From the NCBI GenBank assembly GCA_022827835.1, contig JAJEIO010000041.1, positions 8,328 to 72,327 on the forward strand: a stretch of DNA of 64,000 nucleotides, in the 5' to 3' direction. A program made the translations under genes and the position numbers. The notes beneath the pieces were generated by a model that searched no databases, was not told where the DNA came from, and saw only the letters and a program-made list of their open reading frames with translations. Source of the stretch: Candidatus Latescibacterota bacterium. Lineage in GTDB: Bacteria > Latescibacterota > UBA2968 > UBA8231. Below, piece after piece: positions 39,426 to 48,813 of this stretch (within the stretch, counting starts at the first letter, position 1; every line of letters starts with the position of its first letter).

Positions 39426-41102
39426 ATGCATTTCTTTTTTTTCCTACTCATTTCCTCACGGCTCTTAGCTGTCGAAGGACAGGCAGTAGAAAGGCGAGTC
39501 CAGTTCGTGGATGTAGCAGAGCAAGTGGGGGTTGTGGCACAGAACGTCTCCGGGGATAGCGAGCAGACGTACTTAGTCGATAGCATGATGGGAGGGTCGG
39601 CTTTTTTCGACTACGACCAAGACGGCGATGTGGATTTGTACATCTTGAACGGGTCGAAGGTGGTTGGCTTTCCAGACCGAGAGCACCCGCGCAATACCTT
39701 TTATAGAAACGAGCACGGTAAATTCGTCGATGCTACCGACGAAGCGAACTTGGGCGACGCAGGCTGGGGTATGGGATGCGTCGGCGGCGATTACGACAAC
39801 GATGGCGACTTGGACATCTATATAGCCAACTACGGCAAGAACGTACTGTACGCTAACCAAGGCGACGGGACTTTTGTCGATGTGACCGAGTACGCCCAAG
39901 TAGGAGACGAGCGATTCGGCACAGGATGCGCCTTCTTCGATTACGATGGCGACGGACATCTAGATTTATACGTAGCCAACTACGTCGATTTCAAGCACTT
40001 TCTGCAGACCACTCCCAATAGATCCTATATGTGGAAAGGTTTAAGGGTTCACTTCGGACCGCGCGGAATGAAGGGAAGTGGGGATATCCTATATCGCAAC
40101 CAAGGCGACGGGACTTTTGCCGATGTGACCGTGGAGGCGCGGGTGGTGGACCAAGATAAGCTGTACGGTATGGGCGTGATCGGTGGCGATTACGACCGGG
40201 ACGGCGATGTGGACATCTATGTGGCCAACGACACAGGGCCCAACTTCCTTTATCAGAACCAAGGCGACGGGACTTTTGCCGATATCGGCTGGATGATCGG
40301 TGCTGCCTATGATGAAAGCGGCGAAGCCCAAGGCTGTATGGGCATTGCCTATGGAGATTACGACAACGACCTGTATCAAGACATATTAGTCACCAACTTC
40401 TGGGAGCAGACCAACACGCTTTACCACAACGACCGCGGCACATTCTTTTCCGACCTCAGCTTTGACGCCGGCGTGGGCAAGGAGAGTTTCCAGTTCTTGG
40501 CTTGGGGCACCGAGTTTTTCGACTATGACAACGACGGCGATAAAGATCTTTTCGTGGCCAATGGGCACCTCTTCCCACAATTGGACAGAGCCAATCTAGG
40601 CACTAGCTATGCCCAGACCAATCAACTCTTTGAAAATTTGGGCGATGGCACCTTTGTTGAAGTATCGCAGGTATCGGGGGCGGGCTTAAAAATTAAAAAA
40701 GTGAGCAGAGGAGCTTCCTTCGGGGATTACGACGATGATGGGGATCTAGATATATTTGTCCTAAATCTAAACGATCGCCCCACTTTGTTGCGCAACGACG
40801 GAGGCAATGAGAACAACTGGTTAATGGTCAAGACTATAGGCACTGAAAGCAACAGAGACGGCATAGGGGCTATAATTGAGGTCCGCAGTGGAGGGCTCAC
40901 GCAAAGCGCCGAAATTCGGAGTGGTGCTAGCTATCTTTCGCACAATGACTTGAGGGCCCATTTCGGCTTGGGGCAGAGAGAGGCCATCGACTTGCTGGTA
41001 GTGCGCTGGCCAAGTGGCCTACAAGAACGATTTGAAAATCTCTCCGCCAACAGGCTCGTAGTGCTGCAAGAGGGCGAGGGCATTGTTCGCATAGATCAAT
41101 AG
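39426..41102 (+). CDS. CRTAC1/ASPIC-UnbV family FG-GAP protein
   Basis: FFDYDQDGDVDLY repeats, SRGASFGDYDDDGDLD, SNRDGIGA, SYLSHND, HFGLG, VRWPSG. Confidence 0.9.
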   Translation: MHFFFFLLISSRLLAVEGQAVERRVQFVDVAEQVGVVAQNVSGDSEQTYLVDSMMGGSAFFDYDQDGDVDLYILNGSKVVGFPDREHPRNTFYRNEHGKFVDATDEANLGDAGWGMGCVGGDYDNDGDLDIYIANYGKNVLYANQGDGTFVDVTEYAQVGDERFGTGCAFFDYDGDGHLDLYVANYVDFKHFLQTTPNRSYMWKGLRVHFGPRGMKGSGDILYRNQGDGTFADVTVEARVVDQDKLYGMGVIGGDYDRDGDVDIYVANDTGPNFLYQNQGDGTFADIGWMIGAAYDESGEAQGCMGIAYGDYDNDLYQDILVTNFWEQTNTLYHNDRGTFFSDLSFDAGVGKESFQFLAWGTEFFDYDNDGDKDLFVANGHLFPQLDRANLGTSYAQTNQLFENLGDGTFVEVSQVSGAGLKIKKVSRGASFGDYDDDGDLDIFVLNLNDRPTLLRNDGGNENNWLMVKTIGTESNRDGIGAIIEVRSGGLTQSAEIRSGASYLSHNDLRAHFGLGQREAIDLLVVRWPSGLQERFENLSANRLVVLQEGEGIVRIDQ

Positions 41103-41228
41103 TTCGTACACTTTTTGCGATTTCGGCCTAATTTTATAGAAATATTTCATGTATAAATATCTATAAATAAATAACTTATGACTTTATAATTGCGAATTCC
41201 ATAAAAACAATGCTTTACAAGAATCAGC

Positions 41229-41270
41229 TTGATTTCCCAGTCTTATTTCTTTATTAATACGTATTAATAA
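41229..41270 (+). promoter_or_regulatory. Putative promoter overlapped by a perfect 20-bp palindrome
   Basis: TTGATT-N17-TATTAA, with TTATTAATACGTATTAATAA at 41251-41270, in a very AT-rich spacer of about 290 bp. Confidence 0.6.
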
Positions 41271-41387
41271 GTTATTTTGTAGCTTCGCTTACCTTGCTAC
41301 CGAAAAATATTTGAAAGGAGGAGACAAAACCCCTTTGAGCAACCAACTGCTAAAAAAGCAGTTTTCTCACACAAGAAAGGATTTTGG

Positions 41388-42317
41388 GTGATGAGCAGAG
41401 CAACGAGTTGTAGCTTCTTGGCATTGAGTTTTGTCCTTTTCACCGTCGTGGCCAGTTCGGCTCACCTGCGGACAGACAGAAACTGGGCCGCGGTTCAAGT
41501 GCCTATTGGCGTCGATGGCATACGAGATGTCCAGATGGACGGAGATATAAGTGAATGGGACAACGTACCCTCGGTCTTCTGGGTAACCCATGAGGATCTG
41601 ATCGAGACTGTCACCGGCACCCAAGGGGATCCCGACCCTTCCAATCTAGCCGAGCGCATCATTTTTGGTTGGAGTCCAGTGACCAACATCCTGTATTTCA
41701 TGGAGGAACGGTTCGACGACTTCTTTTACGGAACCATCGAGAACAATTTCGATACGGTTGAGGTGACCTTGGACTTCGACCACAGCGGCGACGCCATCTT
41801 CCAGAATGTACAATCGGCGGATTTGGATCCGGAAAGGTGGGAAGGGGCCCTATCCCAGAATTACCGCTACACGCTACACCAGGAAAATCACATGTGGCTC
41901 TGGGGTGGAGCTCCGTGGGCTGGAGTCGAGCCTTATTCCGGTGCCAAGTGGAGTTTTGAAGGCGATATCAACGGCGGGGCCGGAACCCTATTTATGGAGA
42001 TGTGGTTCACTCCCTTCGACGATTTGCCTACTAGCTCTACGGGCATAGATGACGAAGATGTGATCGTCCACACTATGCAGGCAGGCGAAATCATGGGTAT
42101 TGGTTTTGCCGTTCAGGACGATGACAACGGTGCCGAAGGCTCGTACAACGGCTACTGGACCAATAGCGGCGACACAGAAATCTATTTCAAAGCCACCGCT
42201 ATGGTTGACTACGTCCTGCTCCCCTTTGATGAGAGCATCTGGGTAGCGGGTGAAGACGTGGGCACCGCCGTCGAGTCGGATAGTTGGGGGGACATCAAGG
42301 CGAGTTTTTCCCGCTAA
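41388..42317 (+). CDS. Secreted acidic CBM9/DOMON-like protein with C-terminal TAVExxSWGxIK motif
   Basis: Signal peptide (ASSA), MDGDISEW, IGFAVQDDD, ends TAVESDSWGDIKASFSR. Confidence 0.65.
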   Translation: MMSRATSCSFLALSFVLFTVVASSAHLRTDRNWAAVQVPIGVDGIRDVQMDGDISEWDNVPSVFWVTHEDLIETVTGTQGDPDPSNLAERIIFGWSPVTNILYFMEERFDDFFYGTIENNFDTVEVTLDFDHSGDAIFQNVQSADLDPERWEGALSQNYRYTLHQENHMWLWGGAPWAGVEPYSGAKWSFEGDINGGAGTLFMEMWFTPFDDLPTSSTGIDDEDVIVHTMQAGEIMGIGFAVQDDDNGAEGSYNGYWTNSGDTEIYFKATAMVDYVLLPFDESIWVAGEDVGTAVESDSWGDIKASFSR

Positions 42318-42347
42318 GGAGAACAAATAAGAGAAAACGAGCAGTTC

Positions 42348-42377
42348 GGGGGCGAGGTCATCTTCGCCCCCTTTTTT
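42348..42377 (+). terminator. Intrinsic terminator inside the putative operon
   Basis: GGGGGCGA-loop-TCGCCCCC-TTTTTT. Confidence 0.85.
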
Positions 42378-42395
42378 AATAATCTTGCCAAAGGA

Positions 42396-44351
42396 TTGGG
42401 CATGCTTTCACCTAAGTCAATAGGGGTCCTATTACTCGCGTTACTAGGTGTCGGCCTCTGCCCCCAAAATGTCTCCGGCGTGGTTATTTACAGAATTGGT
42501 ACGCCTTTTTCAACAACAGAAAAAGACAGTCTTGCAGGTCTCGGCATCGACTTCAGGGAAATCGACTGGTCGGTCTCCCAACTGCAGGATGCCCTTGAGT
42601 TGGACTCTTTGCAGACGGGTTCACTACAACCCAACTACTTTGATGAGGACGAGGACATCGCCGCGACCCTCTTGAGCAGGGGTGGCTGGGTACGGGTGCG
42701 GCTTTTCGCCAATCAAAATAAACTGATTGGAGAGGTCTTGGTCGATGGCGACCCGACTACGGGCCTCACGTGGCCGGCCGTAGCTCCAGAGAGCTTTCAG
42801 GTGGGCACCTCGCGGACCCTCAGTGAACAATTGACTTTTGATTTAGGCGGGCGATTTCTCATCCGGGAAGTGAGATTTCGTCCCCTAGCGGAAAAGCCAG
42901 AGCATTTTGTGGAGCGGCTCTCCATTGGCTCTCTCGATGAGAGGCTGGTCAATATTGGCAACAGAATGTCCTACTTCCCGACCGTAGCCGAAGTAAAAGA
43001 AAATACCGAACCTGAAGTCAGCGTAATTTTAGACCCGCCGCTATCGACTCAAACGGTCCAATTGCTGATTTTTCGCGACACCCCCAAGGAAATAGGGCTC
43101 GCCGATTTTGAACTCTACGGCGGTGGTTTTTTAGCCCGCGCCTCGTATGAGTCCGAAGTAGTCGATCTAGGCGGCTTGGCCAGTTGGGGCGAGATGCGCT
43201 GGTCGGGTCGGCAAGATACGGACGCCCGGGTCAATATCCGCACCCGGACGGGCGCAGACTCACATCCCGACATTTTTTGGCAGCTTCGACCCGAGCAGCG
43301 AGATAGCGTGCAATTTCTCGATGGCGGTGGCGACTTGACCCTGAGCGAATACAAGCGCCGCTACAACAAGCTGCTCGATGTTCTCAAGCCGGTAAAACCC
43401 CAGGATAGAGTGAGCCCCGATACGGAAAACTGGAGTTTCTGGTCCAGTCCCTATCTGTTTGAAAATTCGGGGACCAGCATCGTTTCCCCTAGTCCCCGCC
43501 AATTCCTCCAGCTCAAAGTGGACTTCTTTTCTACTATCGAAGATGGAGGCAAGATCGATTATGTCGAGTTTAGGGCCTCAGTGCCGCCGGCTGTGCACGG
43601 CTTAGTGGGAGAAATTTTCCCGGTGGATACCCAAGTGGGGCAAGCGACGCATTTCACCTATTTCATCCGGCCGACCATCCGGGCCAGCGACACAGGCTTT
43701 GACGGCGTAGAGATTTCCACGCCGTCAGGGGTGGTTTCAGTCGATTCGCTGCGCATAGATGGCATCAACTACGACGACTTTACTTGGGCGAGAACCACAG
43801 ATGGCTTGGGTTTTGAGCTCAACTTTCCGCGCAAGCTGGAGCCGACCGACAGCGGGGCCCTGATCGAGGTGGTGTTCAACGCGCCGGTATTGCGGGAAGT
43901 GGGCACGCTGTTTACTGGTAAAGTGTTCAATAGCGCCGAGCCGAACGAGGTGCGCCAGCGCATCAACCCAGGCAACGCCGCCGATGAGGTAGAGAGCGAC
44001 GGGATCGCAGTAAAAACATCGCTGAGCAGTTCACTGATATTTGCGCCGCAGATTGGGCCCAATCCCTTTACGCCCAACGGCGATGCCATTAACGATGTGG
44101 TGCATATTTCCTATAAGCTCTTGCGAGTAACGTCCCAAGTTCCGGTCTCCGTGGAAATCTTCGACCTGTCCGGTCGGCTAGTTAAGCAAATATACGCTGG
44201 AGACATTTCCATCGGAGAGTATTCTCATCCTTGGAATGGGACGGACCGCTCTAACCAGCTAGTGCCTCCGGGACTCTACTTATATCGAATAGCGGTAGAT
44301 ATCCAAGCGGAAGAGGGGATCAAGAGCGGCGTTATCGCCGTGGCCTATTGA
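42396..44351 (+). CDS. Secreted protein with discoidin-like domain and FlgD-Ig/CHU_C-like C-terminal domain (paralog 1)
   Basis: Signal peptide, FDLGG, WSFWSSPY...SPSPRQF, PNPFTPNGDAIND...IFDLSGRLV...WNGTD...VPPGLY...VAY. Confidence 0.75.
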   Translation: MGMLSPKSIGVLLLALLGVGLCPQNVSGVVIYRIGTPFSTTEKDSLAGLGIDFREIDWSVSQLQDALELDSLQTGSLQPNYFDEDEDIAATLLSRGGWVRVRLFANQNKLIGEVLVDGDPTTGLTWPAVAPESFQVGTSRTLSEQLTFDLGGRFLIREVRFRPLAEKPEHFVERLSIGSLDERLVNIGNRMSYFPTVAEVKENTEPEVSVILDPPLSTQTVQLLIFRDTPKEIGLADFELYGGGFLARASYESEVVDLGGLASWGEMRWSGRQDTDARVNIRTRTGADSHPDIFWQLRPEQRDSVQFLDGGGDLTLSEYKRRYNKLLDVLKPVKPQDRVSPDTENWSFWSSPYLFENSGTSIVSPSPRQFLQLKVDFFSTIEDGGKIDYVEFRASVPPAVHGLVGEIFPVDTQVGQATHFTYFIRPTIRASDTGFDGVEISTPSGVVSVDSLRIDGINYDDFTWARTTDGLGFELNFPRKLEPTDSGALIEVVFNAPVLREVGTLFTGKVFNSAEPNEVRQRINPGNAADEVESDGIAVKTSLSSSLIFAPQIGPNPFTPNGDAINDVVHISYKLLRVTSQVPVSVEIFDLSGRLVKQIYAGDISIGEYSHPWNGTDRSNQLVPPGLYLYRIAVDIQAEEGIKSGVIAVAY

Positions 44352-44390
44352 TCTCTAGTTGCTTCCCAGATAAGTACGTGAGAAACCCCA

Positions 44391-47024
44391 ATGCATACAT
44401 GGCAGAAAACATTCAAGCTGGTGAGTACTAGCTTGGTCTGCCTCCTAGGTGACTCAGCTTGGGGGCAAGAGGGCTTTTCTATCCAAAACGGCGCGGCTAT
44501 TGTCGAGTCCGAGGATCACTGGGCTCGTTGGCAGTCGGTGGCAAAGACCATCCAAATCACCGAGGAGGGCGTAAAACCAGCCTTTATACGCAAAAGTACC
44601 AAGATCGAAGTAGATGGCGTTGAACAGGTAGTCCCCGGCATTAATGCGGTTTTGAATGCCTCCGAGTTCGGCGGCGGGATATGGGATGCCGGCTCCAATC
44701 GCTTGAGCGCAGAAAACCTCATGGACGGCAGGATGGACACCTACTGGGAGCCGGATACTTCCACCCCTCTTAGGGATTGGTGGGTGCAAATCGATTTAGG
44801 GCGGGCCGTATCAGCCAATAAGATCGTCCTCAAGTTTGTCGGAGAGGATTTGGGAGACCCCTTTCTCCAATTCAAGGTTCTAACCTCTCAGGGGGAGACG
44901 ATCATTGGCCCGCTGGTGTACAGGAAACGCTTCTCAACAAACAAACCCATCAAGAATGAACGGGTCTTTGAAGTCGATTTGACCAACCAGTTGCCCACCA
45001 AATGGACACAGGTGCGCGGGGATTTTACCGGCGATGTGATCAGATTTGTCTCTGTCGGCGTCACAGACAGCGATCTTGGCAAGGCAAGACAAGTCTCCCA
45101 GTCCGCTTACGAGAATCTCGGCCCCGACCAACAAGGCGATATAGAATACTTCCGCCGAGAAACCTCGGGCAGGCTGAGATTATTGGCAGGACGCGAGGAT
45201 TGGGAAGCCTTGGCCGGCGCAGATAGTCAAGGCCCTGTCATCTACTACCGCCGCGAGCTGCCTCGATTGGCGGAAGTGGAAGTCTGGTCTATAGGCGATA
45301 ATATCGGCGTTGGAGTCCTAGAACGGGGTGGCAAGGTAACGAGTTGGGAAAACAACGGGGCTGAGGATGTGGTGGTTGACGGGGTGATATATAGTGTAGA
45401 TAAGGCGTTGTACTGGCCCGCTCAAGGAGGGTACAATCCCGATAGGCTGCTGCCTTCGGAGCCACCGGATGTCGAGCGTGCCTTAGTGGTGGATCTGGGA
45501 GGGGCCTTTTTCTTGGACAATGTCCGCGTGCTCCAAGCCAGCAGTCGGCCTCCTGGGCCTTTTCGCGCCTACCGCATCGAAGTCTCAGATGGTTCCACCA
45601 ATGCTGGCGGAAGCCTGGCGTGGAAAACAGTAGGATCGCTCGACAATATCAATGGGAACGAATCGTACCACGATTTTAAGTTCCCACTCACCAAAGTCGA
45701 ACATTTTTCTTTCACCTATAAGCTCCATATAAGAGCTGGCCGCCACGGCTTGTCAGAGATTCAGTTTTTCGGCGAGGGATACATGCCCGAGGCTCGGATC
45801 GAATCGGTCTTTGACGGGCCTTCGGCGTTCATAGAATTAGGGGCCACTCCCCAAAATTTGGCATCTATAGAATGGGATGCAGATACACCGCCGGGTACAG
45901 ACATTATTCTCCAGACCCGCACCGGCAATACGATCAAAACTACTACGCTCTACTATAAAAAGAATGGTGAGTTATTTCCGGGCACCGAAGAAGAAGCAGC
46001 GGAAGCGCACGCTACGGACAAAAAGTTCTTTGGAGATGCCTCTGTTGGGCCCGTCGTTACCCAGACCAACCCGGGCAGCGATTGGAGCGGTTGGAGTCAA
46101 CGCTATTTCAATTCGGGAGACAAAATTACCTCGCCCAGTCCGCGTAAATTCGTCGCCATCCGAGCGACCTTTCTCACGGACAATCCCCTCGTGGCCGCTA
46201 CACTGCGCTGGGTGAAACTCAACTTTGTAGCGCCAGTCGCTAAAACAATTGTTGGCGAAGTGCTACCCCCTCAACTCGAGACGATTGGCGCAGAGCAACT
46301 GTTTTCCTATTTCGTCCGCACGACCTTCGAGCCAGCCAACGAGGGTTTTGACGAGATTCTCATTGAAGCTCCCTCTAGCGTCAAAATGAAATTCAAGCAA
46401 GCCCACCTGAGCCTCACAGGGCAACCGACTCAAACCTATACCGCCCAAAGCGAAGACTTTGAGGTTGTGTCTGACGATTCCGATTCGCTTTGGGTGCGTT
46501 TGCCTACTCCCATCAAGGGCGAGGCCGCGTTGGTCGAGCTTCAGTTTGCGGCGACCATATTCGATTTTACCACATTCTTCAATGGCTCTATCGGCCATTC
46601 TGCCATTCCCAATTCGTGGCAAAGAGTGGACCCAGGCGATGCAAACGAGATCACGGATAGTGAAAAAACCGTGATCCTAGCCCTTGAAAGAGGAGCAGTA
46701 CTGGGGGATATCGAAGTCAAAAATAAAATATTCACCCCTAACGGCGACGGCATCAACGATGATATGGCTGTGAGTTTTTCACTCATGCGGGTGAAAGCAT
46801 CAACGCCGTTACAGGTGCAAATATACGATCTAGGTGGGCGTCTCGTTCACCAACTACGCGAAGAGTACATAACTACGGGACGACATTCCGTGGTTTGGAC
46901 CGGAGTCGATGCCTCCGGAGCTTTGGTGGCCCCTGGCATATATGTGCTGAGGATCGACACTAAGGTTGATTCAAAATCGAGTAGAAATACCTCGGACTAC
47001 CGCTTAGTACATGTCTCCTATTGA
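44391..47024 (+). CDS. Secreted protein with two discoidin-like domains and FlgD-Ig/CHU_C-like C-terminal domain (paralog 2)
   Basis: Signal peptide (SAWG), LMDGRMDTYW...VQIDLGR, VDLGG, WSGWS...SPSPRKF, FTPNGDGIND...IYDLGGRLV...VAPGIY...VSY. Confidence 0.75.
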   Translation: MHTWQKTFKLVSTSLVCLLGDSAWGQEGFSIQNGAAIVESEDHWARWQSVAKTIQITEEGVKPAFIRKSTKIEVDGVEQVVPGINAVLNASEFGGGIWDAGSNRLSAENLMDGRMDTYWEPDTSTPLRDWWVQIDLGRAVSANKIVLKFVGEDLGDPFLQFKVLTSQGETIIGPLVYRKRFSTNKPIKNERVFEVDLTNQLPTKWTQVRGDFTGDVIRFVSVGVTDSDLGKARQVSQSAYENLGPDQQGDIEYFRRETSGRLRLLAGREDWEALAGADSQGPVIYYRRELPRLAEVEVWSIGDNIGVGVLERGGKVTSWENNGAEDVVVDGVIYSVDKALYWPAQGGYNPDRLLPSEPPDVERALVVDLGGAFFLDNVRVLQASSRPPGPFRAYRIEVSDGSTNAGGSLAWKTVGSLDNINGNESYHDFKFPLTKVEHFSFTYKLHIRAGRHGLSEIQFFGEGYMPEARIESVFDGPSAFIELGATPQNLASIEWDADTPPGTDIILQTRTGNTIKTTTLYYKKNGELFPGTEEEAAEAHATDKKFFGDASVGPVVTQTNPGSDWSGWSQRYFNSGDKITSPSPRKFVAIRATFLTDNPLVAATLRWVKLNFVAPVAKTIVGEVLPPQLETIGAEQLFSYFVRTTFEPANEGFDEILIEAPSSVKMKFKQAHLSLTGQPTQTYTAQSEDFEVVSDDSDSLWVRLPTPIKGEAALVELQFAATIFDFTTFFNGSIGHSAIPNSWQRVDPGDANEITDSEKTVILALERGAVLGDIEVKNKIFTPNGDGINDDMAVSFSLMRVKASTPLQVQIYDLGGRLVHQLREEYITTGRHSVVWTGVDASGALVAPGIYVLRIDTKVDSKSSRNTSDYRLVHVSY

Positions 47025-48774
47025 TCTTCTGCGATCCGAGAGGAACAGATTGAACGAACCATCGTTGGTCAAGATCGCGCTATTAGCGTTTTCTTGTCTA
47101 TTGCAGGGACTTGCGCCGACCCAAAGCCATGGGGAGACAATCGTCATTGGCGGCGGTCCAGGCACCCTAGCGTGGAATGACCATTATTCCGCAACATCGG
47201 TTATTGATTTCGACACCAGTCCCGGCCAGATTCAGCCTGCTCAGACAGGTCCCGAAGACAATATCGTCCTGAAAATATTTGAAAGAGGAGGGACCGTAAC
47301 GTCGCCCAATGCGAGGATAATACTCGAAATATCCTCGAGTCTTTTGAATGAACAATTGGCGCATATGGTCAGTGGCGATACGACCAAGGCTTTTGAAGTG
47401 AAGGGCGGTTCCCCCACAGGCGTTATATTCAGACTAGATTTAGGCGAGCGCTTCGGGGTCAATAGGATCAAGTTTTTCCCGCGTAAGGGATTTGAAGAAT
47501 TTTTCCTTAAAGGCTATGAACTGCTGCTAAACGACGGCAGCGAGGAGCAGAAAACCCTAGCCGGGACGCCGGATTTCAAGGTTTTTAAAACCGAGGAACG
47601 CAACCTCAAGCCGACCGTTGATCTGACCGTCCCCCTGCAGTTTGTTCGTTTCATAGAGGTGAAGCAACTGGTGCGAGGGGAGTGGGAAATTGACGAGTTT
47701 CAAGTCTTTGGTGCGGGTTTTGCCTCTACGTCATCGTACACCTCAAAAGTATTTGATCGAGAACAACCCGCGGTCTTTGGCGACATAACATGGGCCAGGG
47801 GGAGCATCGGCGAACCAACAAAAACGGATGCCATCCTAGTGACCCGGAGTGGCAACACGCCAGATCCCAGCGATTCGCTGTCTTGGAGCGCTTGGTCCTC
47901 CCCCTATCCTGCCGGAGTCCGCACGGCAATTGAATCACCAGCCCCACGTCGTTTTTTTCAGTTTCACTTACTCCTTAAGACCAGCGATATTCTAGCAGCA
48001 GCTACAGTTGATTCCCTCTCCTTTGAGATGTCTCCTGCCCTAGCCGACTCGCTGGTGGGCGAGATATGGCCTCAACGTGCCCTGATCGGGCAGAATACTC
48101 CCTTTACCTATGCCGTGAGAACCGTCAACAGCCGCGGCTTTGACCGTCTCGAACTAAAAACTATGGCACCGGTAGATGTAGTGCGCTCCGTTCAAATAGA
48201 CGGAACCGATGTCGAATGGGAAAAGACGGATACAGAAGATGGGGTCCAAGTTAGCTTCCCCCGGATTGTGGGAGACCGCACCTTGCAAGTGGTCTTTGAG
48301 AATGTGGCTTTGCAGTACAATACCTTTTTTGCCGGCAGAGTCTCCGATAGCCAAGAACCGGACAATCTACCCCAAGTAGTCACCGAGGGAGACGCAGTCT
48401 CTGACTTTGAGGCACAGGGAGATGACCTTTCGGTCGAGATCTCAGTGGGCAAAGACCTCATCCATTCCATGGAAGTAGCTCCTCTTCCTTTCACGCCCAA
48501 CGGCGATGGCCTAAATGATGAAGTCCTAGTGACCTACGACATCGTCAACCTGACGGGAGGTGCTTTAGTTTCGGTGGAGATCTACGATCTTTCTGGAAGA
48601 CGTATAAAGACGATCTATTCAGGCTTGGATCCCAGTAGGAGATACCAAAGGGCTTGGGATGGAACGGACGAGAGCGGTGCCAAGGTGCTACCCGGAATCT
48701 ATATGGTGCGAGTGGAAATTGATGCAGATTCAGGGGCCGAGAGTAAGACGCAAATTGTCCCAGTAGTCTATTGA
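47011..48774 (+). CDS. Secreted protein with discoidin-like domain and FlgD-Ig/CHU_C-like C-terminal domain (paralog 3)
   Basis: LDLGERF, WSAWSSPY...SPAPRRF, PFTPNGDGLND...IYDLSGR...WDGTD...LPGIY...VVY. Start may be the TTG near 47050. Confidence 0.75.
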   Translation: MSPIDLLRSERNRLNEPSLVKIALLAFSCLLQGLAPTQSHGETIVIGGGPGTLAWNDHYSATSVIDFDTSPGQIQPAQTGPEDNIVLKIFERGGTVTSPNARIILEISSSLLNEQLAHMVSGDTTKAFEVKGGSPTGVIFRLDLGERFGVNRIKFFPRKGFEEFFLKGYELLLNDGSEEQKTLAGTPDFKVFKTEERNLKPTVDLTVPLQFVRFIEVKQLVRGEWEIDEFQVFGAGFASTSSYTSKVFDREQPAVFGDITWARGSIGEPTKTDAILVTRSGNTPDPSDSLSWSAWSSPYPAGVRTAIESPAPRRFFQFHLLLKTSDILAAATVDSLSFEMSPALADSLVGEIWPQRALIGQNTPFTYAVRTVNSRGFDRLELKTMAPVDVVRSVQIDGTDVEWEKTDTEDGVQVSFPRIVGDRTLQVVFENVALQYNTFFAGRVSDSQEPDNLPQVVTEGDAVSDFEAQGDDLSVEISVGKDLIHSMEVAPLPFTPNGDGLNDEVLVTYDIVNLTGGALVSVEIYDLSGRRIKTIYSGLDPSRRYQRAWDGTDESGAKVLPGIYMVRVEIDADSGAESKTQIVPVVY

Positions 48775-48813
48775 TTATTCCCAATTTTATCTGAAAGCTA
48801 GGGTGGAACTCTC

